Shown: positions 46,953 to 56,539, counted from the stretch's first letter. The stretch is 64,000 bases of DNA from a bacterium (GCA_021850365.1 JAJZMH010000021.1:7785-71784), one strand, 5' to 3'. The notes: a model not told the origin generated them from the sequence alone. Numbers and translations: made by a program.

Positions 46953-47087
46953 AACAAGTAACAGGTTGTAATTTATTTATTTTTAGTTTAAAATAACAGC
47001 TAATATTAACTTTAACTTACAATCGTCAGGATATGTAAGTTTATTTGGATCTAATAGATTCAAATTAACCAAAGAAAGGCAGATCTC

Positions 47088-47453
47088 GTGAAGGAATATG
47101 AAATTGCTGTAGTATATGATCCAGGCTTAGAAGTGGATCTATCTAAGGCTGAAGATAAAATTAAGAAAATTATTAGTGATAATAAAGGAAAAATAAAAAA
47201 AACAGATAATTGGGGTAAAAATAAACTGGCTTACTCAATTAAAAAACAAGATTATGGCATTTATGTTTTTTATATAGTTGAACTAGATCCTACAAAAGTT
47301 AAAACAGTAGAATCATTATTAAATATTACAGATGAAGTTATACGTTTTTTGATTGTAAAAAGTGATCTTAAGGGTATTCAGAAAGCCGAGAAGGAAAGGA
47401 AGATTAAAGAAAAGAAAAATTCTGTTGAGAAAGTAGAAAAAGAGGCAGACTAA
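47088..47453 (+). CDS. rpsF: 30S ribosomal protein S6
   Basis: It has a GTG start and begins 'YEIAVVYDP'. It is the first gene of the conserved rpsF-ssb-rpsR trio. Confidence 0.9.
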   Translation: MKEYEIAVVYDPGLEVDLSKAEDKIKKIISDNKGKIKKTDNWGKNKLAYSIKKQDYGIYVFYIVELDPTKVKTVESLLNITDEVIRFLIVKSDLKGIQKAEKERKIKEKKNSVEKVEKEAD

Positions 47454-47538
47454 TTTAATGTTTATTAAGAAAAACTAAAATAAATTGACTTTATAAATAG
47501 CATTAAGGTACAAATAGAATATATTTAAAGGAGACAAT

Positions 47539-48000
47539 ATGGCAAGAAGTTTAAATCAAGTAGTCTTGATGGGAAATCTAACAAGAGATCCAGAATTAAG
47601 GCAAACCCCAAGTGGTCAAAATGTAGTTAGTTTTAGTTTGGCTCTAAATAGAAGCTATAAAGACCAAAATGGTGAATGGCAAGAGTCAACGGACTATGTT
47701 GATATAGTTGCTTGGGGATCGTTAGCTGAGAGAGTATCTCAGTATTTATTTAAAGGAAGTAGATGCTTAATTCAGGGCAGATTACAGAGTAGGAGTTGGG
47801 AACAAGAAGGACAAAAGAGAAGCAAAGTTGAAGTTTTAGCCAACGATGTAACTTTTCTGGATAACAAAAGTAATGGCCCTAGTGATAATACAGAAATAAA
47901 AACTGAACCTATAAGCACTAGTAAAAGTTCCAAAAAAGATCAGACAGAAGAGGAAGAATTCGAAGAAGAGCCAATTAATTTAGACGAAATACCATTTTAG
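47539..48000 (+). CDS. ssb: Single-stranded DNA-binding protein
   Basis: It has the OB fold 'NQVVLMGNLTRDPELRQTPSG' and the acidic tail ending 'DEIPF'. Confidence 0.93.
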   Translation: MARSLNQVVLMGNLTRDPELRQTPSGQNVVSFSLALNRSYKDQNGEWQESTDYVDIVAWGSLAERVSQYLFKGSRCLIQGRLQSRSWEQEGQKRSKVEVLANDVTFLDNKSNGPSDNTEIKTEPISTSKSSKKDQTEEEEFEEEPINLDEIPF

Positions 48001-48021
48001 AAATAAGTAAAAGGAGACAAT

Positions 48022-48222
48022 ATGGCAAAAATTTTTAAGAATAGAACCGAAGTACCTTATTTTGATTATAAGGATTATAAAAATTTACAAAGATATATTA
48101 ATATTTATGGTCAAATTGAAAGCCGTAAAAAAACTGGATTAACAGAATCACAACAGAGAAGATTAAGCGTTGCTATTAAAAGAGCACGACATTTAGCTTT
48201 ATTACCTTTTGTGTCAAATTAG
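48022..48222 (+). CDS. rpsR: 30S ribosomal protein S18
   Basis: It has '[13 protein letters not shown]' and '[18 protein letters not shown]'. Confidence 0.92.
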   Translation: MAKIFKNRTEVPYFDYKDYKNLQRYINIYGQIESRKKTGLTESQQRRLSVAIKRARHLALLPFVSN

Positions 48223-48225
48223 AAT

Positions 48226-48786
48226 ATGCTATCTATTACTGAACTAAAGAAAAATACTATATTTGAAATGGATAATCAGCCATATAAAGTGGTAGATTAT
48301 TCTCAGAAAGTTATGGGAAGAGGTGGTTCTATAGTAAATGTTAGAATAAAAAATCTGATTGACAACAAAGTACTTGAAAAAACGTTTAAGGGCAATGAAC
48401 AGTTAAATGATGCAGTTGTTACTTACCAGAATGTCCAATTTTTATATAGAGATACTGACAAATTTTATTTTATGAATGACGAAACTTTTGATCAATACGA
48501 AATATCGGCTGACTCGATAGCAGAAAATAAGGATTATCTAATTGAAGGAAGTAAATTAAAAATTCAATTGTTCAATGCTAAACCTATTAATATTGAATTA
48601 CCTAAAAACATAGAACTAAAGGTTATTTATTGTGAAGACGCAGTCAAAGGGGATACTTCATCGGCAGTTATGAAAGATGCAACTTTAGAAACAGATAAGG
48701 TCATAAAAGTTCCGGCGTTTATTAAGGTGGGTGATTTGGTGTCAATTGATACTACTACGGGATTATATAGAGAACGTGTAAAATAG
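48226..48786 (+). CDS. efp: Elongation factor P (Arg32 at the loop tip)
   Basis: The 186-aa protein has three OB-like domains. The loop 'KVMGRGGSIVNVRIKNL' aligns without gaps to the Arg-type EF-P loop of Pseudomonas ('KSGRNAAVVKMKLKNL', recalled from memory). Confidence 0.88.
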   Translation: MLSITELKKNTIFEMDNQPYKVVDYSQKVMGRGGSIVNVRIKNLIDNKVLEKTFKGNEQLNDAVVTYQNVQFLYRDTDKFYFMNDETFDQYEISADSIAENKDYLIEGSKLKIQLFNAKPINIELPKNIELKVIYCEDAVKGDTSSAVMKDATLETDKVIKVPAFIKVGDLVSIDTTTGLYRERVK

Positions 48787-48791
48787 GTTTA

Positions 48792-49550
48792 ATGAAATCA
48801 ACTCACAAGGTTAGATTAGATCTGCAAGTTTTTAAACTCGGTTTAGCTAGAACTAGATCCAATGCAGAAAACTTAATAAAATTAGCCAAAATTCAGGTAG
48901 ATAATCAGATTATCACTAAACCCGGTTTTTTGGTTTCAGAAATTCAAAAAATAAGCTTGATTGATAAAGAAATATTGTTAAGCCGAGCTTCATATAAGTT
49001 AGAGTCGGTTATTGATAAATTCAAATTAGATTTTAAGCATAAATTAGTTTTAGACGTAGGGTCTAGCACTGGTGGTTTTATAGACATTGCTCTAAAACAT
49101 GGTGCAAAGTTCATTACTGGGGTAGAACTAGGAAAAAATCAGCTGCATCCATTTTTAAGAAATAACCCTAAAATAAAAGTTTATGAACAAACAGACATAA
49201 GATCGATCGATAGCATTGGTTCCATGTCAAGCAATATTAAACTAGATTATGTCCCAGATATTATTCTAATTGATGTCTCTTTTATATCTGTTAAAGATAT
49301 TATAAATAACATTAAAAAATTATCTGGCAAACAAACTATTGTTATATTAATGCTGAAGCCACAATTTGAAACAGGCAATATTTCATATAAACACAAGGGA
49401 GTTATTAAAAACGAAAAGATTCGTAGACAAATTTTTAAAGATTTCGAAAATTGGATAAAAGATTATTTTTTTATAGCAGACAAAGCAGATTCTGGAGTAA
49501 CCGGATCTAAAGGAAATAGAGAAAGATTTTATAAATTAATTTCTATTTAA
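48792..49550 (+). CDS. tlyA: TlyA-family rRNA (cytidine-2'-O)-methyltransferase
   Basis: It has an N-terminal S4 domain ('RLDLQVFKLGLARTRSNAENLI') and the FtsJ-like SAM site 'VLDVGSSTGGF'. Confidence 0.8.
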   Translation: MKSTHKVRLDLQVFKLGLARTRSNAENLIKLAKIQVDNQIITKPGFLVSEIQKISLIDKEILLSRASYKLESVIDKFKLDFKHKLVLDVGSSTGGFIDIALKHGAKFITGVELGKNQLHPFLRNNPKIKVYEQTDIRSIDSIGSMSSNIKLDYVPDIILIDVSFISVKDIINNIKKLSGKQTIVILMLKPQFETGNISYKHKGVIKNEKIRRQIFKDFENWIKDYFFIADKADSGVTGSKGNRERFYKLISI

Positions 49551-49574
49551 ACTTCAAAATTATAAAATAAGAAT

Positions 49575-50219
49575 ATGTATTTTCATGATAGGTTTCAGGC
49601 TGGCAAGTTATTGGGTAAAGAACTTGAAAAAAAATACAGATACGAGGATTGTGTGGCCATTGCTCTCAATGAGGGTGGCGTTTTAGTATCTGTTGAGATT
49701 TGTAAAATACTACACTGTTTAATTAATCTATTATTAATTGAAGAAATCTATTTACCTCAAGAGCCAGATATTGTCGGTGCCCTAACTTTAGAAGGAAAAT
49801 TTAGTCTATCAAAAAACTTCTCAAGTGAGATTATAGAAGAAAACAGAGAAGTGATAGAAGAAGAAAAGTTAAAAAAAATAGCTAAGATTAATGCAATTAA
49901 AAATTTTGGGAATGTCTTAAATAAGAAGGATATAATAGGTCGTAATGTAATCTTAGTATCTGATGGTTTAAAGAGTGTTCTTCCCCTGGAAGTGGCCTAT
50001 GAATATTTAAAACCTTTAAAAATCAATAAATTTATTATTGCAACCTCAATAGCAACAGTTGATGTAGTTGATTGGATGCATATATATACTGACGAAATCC
50101 ATTGTTTAAACGTCATTGAAGGTGGATTGGATATAAATCATTATTATAAAGATAATAGGATCTTTGATCGTGAGAAAATAGTTAATTTAGTTAATAATAT
50201 CATTTTGAATTGGAAATAG
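49575..50219 (+). CDS. Phosphoribosyltransferase-like protein
   Basis: The N-terminal 'FHDRFQAGKLLGKEL' and the PRPP-loop-like 'VILVSDGLKS' resemble the 'predicted PRTase' family. Confidence 0.45.
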   Translation: MYFHDRFQAGKLLGKELEKKYRYEDCVAIALNEGGVLVSVEICKILHCLINLLLIEEIYLPQEPDIVGALTLEGKFSLSKNFSSEIIEENREVIEEEKLKKIAKINAIKNFGNVLNKKDIIGRNVILVSDGLKSVLPLEVAYEYLKPLKINKFIIATSIATVDVVDWMHIYTDEIHCLNVIEGGLDINHYYKDNRIFDREKIVNLVNNIILNWK

Positions 50220-50220
50220 T

Positions 50221-50877
50221 TTATTGAATGATCTTCTTGAGGGTGGCTATATCTTTTAATATAAAGTAAGGACCGTTTTTAATAATCAGGCCCTTTTTTT
50301 CTAAATTAGATAGTTCTCGACTAATTGTTTCTCTTGTAGCATTGATTGAACTTGCAATGTCTTGATGCCTTAAGGACACTTCTAATTTTTTTGAATTAGG
50401 TGTTTCGTCAACTGAAAATCTTTCGGCAGTAGTTAACATGAACGAAACAAGTCGTTCACGTACTGTTCTATATTCTAAATTTAGGATTCTTTCGCTATGG
50501 AGGCGATACATTTCAACGGTCATATCCAAAATTGGAGCAAGTGCTTTAGGATTTTTATTTAGATGTTCTAAAAAACTATCCCTAGATATTTTATAGGTTA
50601 CCGTATTAGACAATGATTGATAAATAACGCTTCGTTCTTGACCTGTTAAGGCCCAAATTAAAGGAAAAATTTCTGTGCTTTTTCTAATGATCAGTAAATT
50701 TTCTTCTTGATATTTTGTTAGATCATAGGCCTTTACTATACCCCGGTGAATATAAAAAATTCCGGAAGGAGATTCACCGGAACGAATTATATATTCATTT
50801 TTTGTAAATTTTTGTTTCTTGCCCTCACTTAGAAAAAGTTCCACCAACTTTGCTGACTGTGAGGATGAGGCCAACAT
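50221..50877 (-). CDS. Crp/Fnr-family transcriptional regulator
   Basis: It has a cNMP-binding beta-barrel ('GESPSGIFYIHRGIVKAY') and a C-terminal HTH ('RHQDIASSINATRETISRELSNLEKKGLI'). Confidence 0.8.
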   Translation of the reverse strand: MLASSSQSAKLVELFLSEGKKQKFTKNEYIIRSGESPSGIFYIHRGIVKAYDLTKYQEENLLIIRKSTEIFPLIWALTGQERSVIYQSLSNTVTYKISRDSFLEHLNKNPKALAPILDMTVEMYRLHSERILNLEYRTVRERLVSFMLTTAERFSVDETPNSKKLEVSLRHQDIASSINATRETISRELSNLEKKGLIIKNGPYFILKDIATLKKIIQ

Positions 50878-51056
50878 ATTATAATTATGAACTAATTTTA
50901 ATTTGATGTCTACTTTATTTTTTGTTTTTAGAAAACGTTTACTAATAAATTGTGATATTTATTATAAGATTTTAGTAATCAATATTACTGCAATCAAAAA
51001 AAATTAGAACTAGAATTAAAATATAAAACAAAAAGCTTTTAAGAGAGGAGGTGAAT

Positions 51057-51908
51057 ATGGTTTCGAGAGAAGAGATAGTTAAACAACTAACAAACATTAG
51101 ATTTAATTACCGAAACTGGAACCAGGCCGAAGCTCAAGAGCTGGAGAATATAATTTTACCTGATGAGCATATTTTTGAGTGTGTGAATGGATGGTATCAA
51201 GGTGGGGGAGCATTGTTGGTTGCAACAAACCTTAGAGTTCTTTTGGTAGATAAAAAAATAATGAATTATCTAGCAGTGGAAGACGTTCGATTTGATACTA
51301 TTGCCCAAATTGATTATGGACATAGATTTCTCGATGCACACATTTGTATAAACACTGGATTAAAAGAACTAAAGTTTAGAAGTTATAATAAGATTAGATT
51401 AAGGAATTTAATTAGCCTAGTTCAAAAGAGAATGGCGGAAATTAAATTAGAACAAGAGGACCATTCGGATAGTCAAAGAAAGCATTTAATGCAAATAGAT
51501 CAAAAATTAAATGAGTATTTACAACATCAGCAAATTCAAGGTGAATCATTCATTGAACATATTAAGGGTCCGGGAAATTTATCGATAAAAAATAACATTG
51601 ATGTTGATGTAGATAAAAAGATTGAGAGTGATACATTAATATTGGATAATTCTGTTCTAGATAATGACCAAGTTTCTAGGGTCGAAAATGAAGATATTAG
51701 CAGGGATGATTTATATAAAGCTGGTGTTCAGGAAGTTTTCTCAAAGAATATTGATGAGGGGGACTTAAATGATGATCAGAATAATAAATATTTAAGAATT
51801 GCATATGCGAAGTTACCTATGTTCCTTAAGGACAGAAAAAAAGCTCTATCGGTCTATAATCATTCGACAATGAATGTTAATTTTAAATCTGTAGCTGATG
51901 AGTCTTAG
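51057..51908 (+). CDS. Hypothetical protein with bacterial PH-like N-terminal domain and acidic C-terminal half
   Basis: 'GGALLVATNLRVLLVDKK...VEDVRFDTIAQIDYG' resembles bPH/GRAM-like domains. I preferred the ATG at 51057 (GGAGG 5 nt upstream) over the GTG at 51051. Confidence 0.35.
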   Translation: MVSREEIVKQLTNIRFNYRNWNQAEAQELENIILPDEHIFECVNGWYQGGGALLVATNLRVLLVDKKIMNYLAVEDVRFDTIAQIDYGHRFLDAHICINTGLKELKFRSYNKIRLRNLISLVQKRMAEIKLEQEDHSDSQRKHLMQIDQKLNEYLQHQQIQGESFIEHIKGPGNLSIKNNIDVDVDKKIESDTLILDNSVLDNDQVSRVENEDISRDDLYKAGVQEVFSKNIDEGDLNDDQNNKYLRIAYAKLPMFLKDRKKALSVYNHSTMNVNFKSVADES

Positions 51909-52975
51909 ACGTTAAACCTAAATTCAACTACATCATTTTCTTGCATAATATAGTTTTTACCTTCAGTTCTTATTTTACCTGCCGATTTAACTTGTTGGTA
52001 AGATCCGCATTCAATTAAATCTTGATAATTGTAAATTTCAGCAGCGATAAATCCTCTTTCAAAGTCTTTGTGTATAATTCCTGCTGCTTTAGGAGCAGTA
52101 ATACCTTTTTGGATGGTCCAAGCACGTATTTCTTGTTTACCTGCAGTTAGAAAACTTTGTAGTCCCAATATATCATAAGACTTATGGATTAATTGAATTA
52201 AGCCAGATTCTTGTTGATTATAGCTTAGAAGTAATTCTTGACTATCCTTGTCGTCTAAGTCTTTTAATTCTTCTTCTAACTTAGCGGATATAAAAAGTGG
52301 TTTATTTGGGCTAATTATAGTACTTAGATCATTTTTAAGATTTTGATTGTTGAGATCATTTTCAGATAAATTAAATAAATAAATAACTGGTTTTAAGGTT
52401 AATAATTGTAATTCGTTTAAATATTCTGGATTACTAATCTTAGAATCCTTGAGAAGTATATTATTTTCAAGAATTCCTTTCGCTTCTTTAAATGTATCTA
52501 GAATAACTTTAAGTTTTGGGTTGGCTTTGAACTCCTTTTCAATTTTTAATAATCTTTTATCTATAACGGATAAATCTGCTAACACCAATTCGGTGTTGAT
52601 TATCTCAATATCTCTTTTTGGACTAAAGGAATTGCTTGATTCAACATTTTGATTATTAAAAGCTTTGACTACATGAACTATTGCATTACACGATCTTATA
52701 TTTGCTAAAAATTGGTTTCCTAAACCTTCTCCCTTATTAGCTCCTTCAACTAGTCCAGCAATATCTATAAACTTAATCGTTGCTGGTGTTATTTTTTCTG
52801 TCTGAAAAATTTTAGATAGTTCAATTAATCGTTGATCAGGAACATTAACAATGCCAATATTAGGTTCTATGGTTGCAAATGGATAATTTGCAACTAGTAT
52901 GTTAGATTTTGTTAAAGCATTAAAAAGAGTAGATTTTCCGATATTTGGTAAACCTACGATTCCTATAGCTAACAT
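51905..52975 (-). CDS. ychF: Ribosome-binding ATPase YchF
   Basis: It has 'GIVGLPNIGKSTLFNALT' and a C-terminal TGS-like domain. I preferred the ATG at 52975 ('MLAIGIVG') over the upstream TTG. Confidence 0.92.
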   Translation of the reverse strand: MLAIGIVGLPNIGKSTLFNALTKSNILVANYPFATIEPNIGIVNVPDQRLIELSKIFQTEKITPATIKFIDIAGLVEGANKGEGLGNQFLANIRSCNAIVHVVKAFNNQNVESSNSFSPKRDIEIINTELVLADLSVIDKRLLKIEKEFKANPKLKVILDTFKEAKGILENNILLKDSKISNPEYLNELQLLTLKPVIYLFNLSENDLNNQNLKNDLSTIISPNKPLFISAKLEEELKDLDDKDSQELLLSYNQQESGLIQLIHKSYDILGLQSFLTAGKQEIRAWTIQKGITAPKAAGIIHKDFERGFIAAEIYNYQDLIECGSYQQVKSAGKIRTEGKNYIMQENDVVEFRFNV

Positions 52976-53089
52976 CCAAATATCCAATTCATATTATTAA
53001 ATTGTATTTTTCTAACTATTACCATTTTTATTCTTTATTGGTTAATTATAACAACAATCCAAAAAGATTTTAAAAGTTTAATAGGATAT

Positions 53090-53809
53090 TCATTGTTGAT
53101 AGGGGGGTATTTTTAGTAATTGATCTATTGTTAAAAAGTTATAACCAGACTTAATTAGAGCATTTATGGTTAATTTAATTGCATCAATTGTTTCTTTACG
53201 ATTTCCACCAGTTCCTTCTTTCCCATCATGAAAAATAATAATTCTTCCCGGTTTTGCTATTTTTTTTGCATGTTTAGCAATTGTATTAGGATTTGGTCTT
53301 AAAACTTCTAAAGGATGACAGAATAATCCAGATATTGGTGTTAAGTTCTTAGACTTTAAATTTCTTAAAATAAATGGTTGTCTAAATAACCAGGGTGCTC
53401 TATAAAGGGCACATTTTACTCCCAGAACATCCTTGATTATTTTCTGATTATGTTCTATTTCTTGATTAAAACTTAAATCTTTCAAATAATTTCTAAATTG
53501 ATGGGAGTAACTATGATTACCTACGGTATGGCCATCCTTAATTATTCTTTTAGCGGTTTGCGGATATTTTTGAACCATTTTGCCTACCAAAAAAAAGGTA
53601 CACTTAACATTTTTCTCTTTTAAAAAATCTAATAACTCTGAAGTATAAGGATCGTTTGGTCCATCATCAAAAGTGATTGCAATCGTTTTTTTGTTTGTCT
53701 TAATTTTATATGGAAAATATCCAAAAATTTGTGAATAAGAGGACATAAATAGGTAGTAGATTAACCCAAAAAAAACAAGGATAAGTCCAATAATTATTTC
53801 TAGGGACAT
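53090..53809 (-). CDS. Polysaccharide deacetylase (NodB homology domain), membrane anchored
   Basis: It has 'IAITFDDGPND' and 'GNHSYSH', plus an N-terminal TM helix. Confidence 0.8.
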   Translation of the reverse strand: MSLEIIIGLILVFFGLIYYLFMSSYSQIFGYFPYKIKTNKKTIAITFDDGPNDPYTSELLDFLKEKNVKCTFFLVGKMVQKYPQTAKRIIKDGHTVGNHSYSHQFRNYLKDLSFNQEIEHNQKIIKDVLGVKCALYRAPWLFRQPFILRNLKSKNLTPISGLFCHPLEVLRPNPNTIAKHAKKIAKPGRIIIFHDGKEGTGGNRKETIDAIKLTINALIKSGYNFLTIDQLLKIPPYQQ

Positions 53810-53810
53810 C

Positions 53811-54710
53811 TTAAATCATGTTTTTAATATGTTTAACTAAACTATAGGCTAACTTTACCGCATCTCTAGAGTAGTCAAAGTGTCCACGTGGTACACCAAA
53901 CGCAATCACTAGAGTTATTAAGATTAATACAAATAAGCCAAAAGTAGGGGACAATTGTAATTTTCGAGGTTCTGTTTCTCTATATGCAGGAGCCATCCCG
54001 ATTATTTGTTTATTAAATCTTTTGTTTATTTTATAGGCTATTAAATAATAGAAGAGGAAAGACACGAAAATGTTATACCACATACCTTTGTTAAGTCTTC
54101 GTGGTGAAGTATAGACAGGATTACTAAAAATAAATTTAAACTTGCCCTTTGCTTTCATTTTTTCAAGCAAATCTAGTTCATCTCCACCTTGAGTTAAACT
54201 AGTGTTATATCCATCAAAGTAGGTTCTTTTAAAGGCAGTATTGGTAGCTGTAATATAACAAGGTTTCTTAAATATTTTAGAAAATAAATAAACATATCCA
54301 AATAAGAAATAAGGATATATTTTGCTCCACCAAGGCCCATTACTAAATTTACATGAACCCGATAAAGCTATTAATTCAGGATCTTTACTAAATTCTTGGT
54401 CAATTCTACTTAACCAATTGGGTTTAAAAATAGTATCTGCATCTGTTGATATAATGATATCCGCTTTTGTAGAAACAAGTCCTTTTTGACGGGCAAAACA
54501 AACTCCAGGAGTTGTTTCTTTAATAATCTTAGTAGAATATTTCTGGGCAATTTGGACTGTTTTATCACTACAATTATTATCTACAATTATGATCTCAAAA
54601 TTCCCTTTATAATCTTGATTTTTTAATGATTTTAAAGTTTTTTCTATAAATTTTTCTTCATTATAACAGGGGATTACAACCGCGTACTTTGGTATACTTT
54701 TCTCACTCAT
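53811..54710 (-). CDS. Glycosyltransferase family 2 with C-terminal TM helices
   Basis: It has 'VVIPCYNEEKFI', 'IIISTDADT' and 'GGDELDL'. Confidence 0.75.
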   Translation of the reverse strand: MSEKSIPKYAVVIPCYNEEKFIEKTLKSLKNQDYKGNFEIIIVDNNCSDKTVQIAQKYSTKIIKETTPGVCFARQKGLVSTKADIIISTDADTIFKPNWLSRIDQEFSKDPELIALSGSCKFSNGPWWSKIYPYFLFGYVYLFSKIFKKPCYITATNTAFKRTYFDGYNTSLTQGGDELDLLEKMKAKGKFKFIFSNPVYTSPRRLNKGMWYNIFVSFLFYYLIAYKINKRFNKQIIGMAPAYRETEPRKLQLSPTFGLFVLILITLVIAFGVPRGHFDYSRDAVKLAYSLVKHIKNMI

Positions 54711-54794
54711 TATGTTCTTAATTTTATCAGAATATTTTCAGTTTTGATAGTCTTAATTTTTAAACAAAAAAAGTCTTTTTTATCTTTATGCTTA

Positions 54795-54803
54795 TGGTAT
54801 ACT
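54795..54803 (+). promoter_or_regulatory. Extended -10 element (TGgTATACT) immediately upstream of pilM
   Basis: The -10 ends 7 nt before the pilM ATG (54811). There is no SD in between. Confidence 0.4.
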
Positions 54804-54810
54804 TTGGAAT

Positions 54811-55863
54811 ATGAGTATTTTGAGTGGGAATTCAGATTTTTTTAGCCTAGATATAGGTTCAGACTCGATTAGATTAGTTCAATTAAATAAAACTAATGGA
54901 CCAAAAAAAGAACTAGTTAAATATGCCTACATCCCAATAGACAAAAAATTATCTAAAAGTGATTCCAAGGTTGACCAGGATAAATTAGTTCAAATAATAG
55001 CTGATTTAGTCTCAAAAGCACGTCTGTCTACTAAAAATGTTGTTCTAGGTATATCTTCATCTAAGGTTTTTACAACTGTAACGGATATTGAAAAATTGGC
55101 TCCTGATCAAGTTAATAAATCTATCCATTTTCAAATAGATTCTTTAATTCCAACGCCTATTACTGAAACCAAAATGGATTGGAAAATAATTGGTGATTCT
55201 CCTAAAGATCCAAATAAGTCAGAAGTAATTTTATCCAGCGTAACTACATCATATGTTGAAAGACTTCTGGATATGATTGAAAGCGCTGGGTTAAATGTTT
55301 TAGGATTTGAACCAGACTATCTCGCTTTATGCAGATCATTAATCGTACCAAATTCGATCCACAATGAGGGGATCTTAATCCTAGATGTTGGAGCGTATGG
55401 TACGGATATAGCTATTGTTTTAAATGATGCACCAAGATTAATGCGTACAATTTCCTTAGGAAATGAGTCCTTGATTAGATCAGTTTCTCAGGAATTATCG
55501 GTTGATGAAAATCAAGCCTCACAATTAATTTATAAATTTGGTCTTTCTCAGGATAAGGCAGAAGGACAAATATATCGTGCTTTAGGTAATTCTATAGATT
55601 TACTTCTTTCTGAAATTGATAAATCAATAAAGTTCTTTATGAATAGATATAATGGGGTGAAAGTAACCAAATTTATTGTAACTGGTTGGGCTTCAGTGTT
55701 ACCTGAATTACCCCTATATTTGTCAAAAAAATTTGGTATTAATGTCGAAATCGGTAATTCATGGATAAATGTTCAATATGATCAATCTAAACAAAATGAA
55801 TTACTTGGAATTTCTCATCAATTTGCCGTAGCGGTAGGATTAGCGGAGAGAACCAATGCTTGA
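54811..55863 (+). CDS. pilM: Type IV pilus assembly protein PilM (actin-like ATPase fold)
   Basis: It has 'FFSLDIGSDSIRLVQL' and 'ILDVGAYGTDIAIV', and is the first gene of the pilus operon. Confidence 0.85.
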   Translation: MSILSGNSDFFSLDIGSDSIRLVQLNKTNGPKKELVKYAYIPIDKKLSKSDSKVDQDKLVQIIADLVSKARLSTKNVVLGISSSKVFTTVTDIEKLAPDQVNKSIHFQIDSLIPTPITETKMDWKIIGDSPKDPNKSEVILSSVTTSYVERLLDMIESAGLNVLGFEPDYLALCRSLIVPNSIHNEGILILDVGAYGTDIAIVLNDAPRLMRTISLGNESLIRSVSQELSVDENQASQLIYKFGLSQDKAEGQIYRALGNSIDLLLSEIDKSIKFFMNRYNGVKVTKFIVTGWASVLPELPLYLSKKFGINVEIGNSWINVQYDQSKQNELLGISHQFAVAVGLAERTNA

Positions 55864-56539
55864 ATTTAATTTATTACCAGATATTAAAAATCAGTATTTA
55901 AGAGCTACTAAACTCAAAAAATCCATTATTTCAGGATCAGTTATTGTAAGTGTAGTAGTTTTAGCTCTATTTGGTTTTTCTTATTGGTATGTATATTTTT
56001 ATCAAAAAAATAATATTAAGAACTTAAGTTACAATATAACTTCAACAATAAATCATATTAAGAGTAATTCAAATTTAAATAAAATACTTACAATTCAAAA
56101 TCAATTGAGTGCATTACCAAACATCTTAAGTCAAAGTCCAAAGATTTCTCGAATATTTAATTTCATGTCTGAACTTACTCCCGTAAACGCAACTATATCT
56201 GATCTAAGTATAAATCCAAGTTCTGATTCTATTTCAATTAACGGGGGTGCAGATAGTCTAAATACGGTTAATCAATTTGTTGATACTTTAAAATATGCAA
56301 AATATGATAATGGATCATCCACAAACAATACGCCATTTAGTTCTGTTACATTAGGATCCTTTAGTTATTCAAATAGTAGTAATTCAACGACCAATGCTCA
56401 ATTTACGATAACTTTTAATTATGATCCTACTTTGTTTAATAACACAGATAGTATTCAACTTGTTGTTCCGAGTATCACCACCACTAGATCAATTCTTAAT
56501 CAACCAAATGTTTTATTTCAGTCAAATATGAAAGGTTAA
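55856..56539 (+). CDS. pilN: PilN-like pilus assembly protein
   Basis: It has the N-terminal 'EFNLLPD' signature, one TM helix and an Asn/Ser-rich ectodomain. It overlaps the pilM end. Confidence 0.65.
   Translation: MLEFNLLPDIKNQYLRATKLKKSIISGSVIVSVVVLALFGFSYWYVYFYQKNNIKNLSYNITSTINHIKSNSNLNKILTIQNQLSALPNILSQSPKISRIFNFMSELTPVNATISDLSINPSSDSISINGGADSLNTVNQFVDTLKYAKYDNGSSTNNTPFSSVTLGSFSYSNSSNSTTNAQFTITFNYDPTLFNNTDSIQLVVPSITTTRSILNQPNVLFQSNMKG

Noticed and set aside
47485-47520. TTGACT upstream of ssb as a -35 element.
   Set aside because: The best downstream hexamers (TACAAA at an 18-nt spacer, TAGAAT at 24 nt) are poor or mis-spaced. ssb may simply be co-transcribed with rpsF.
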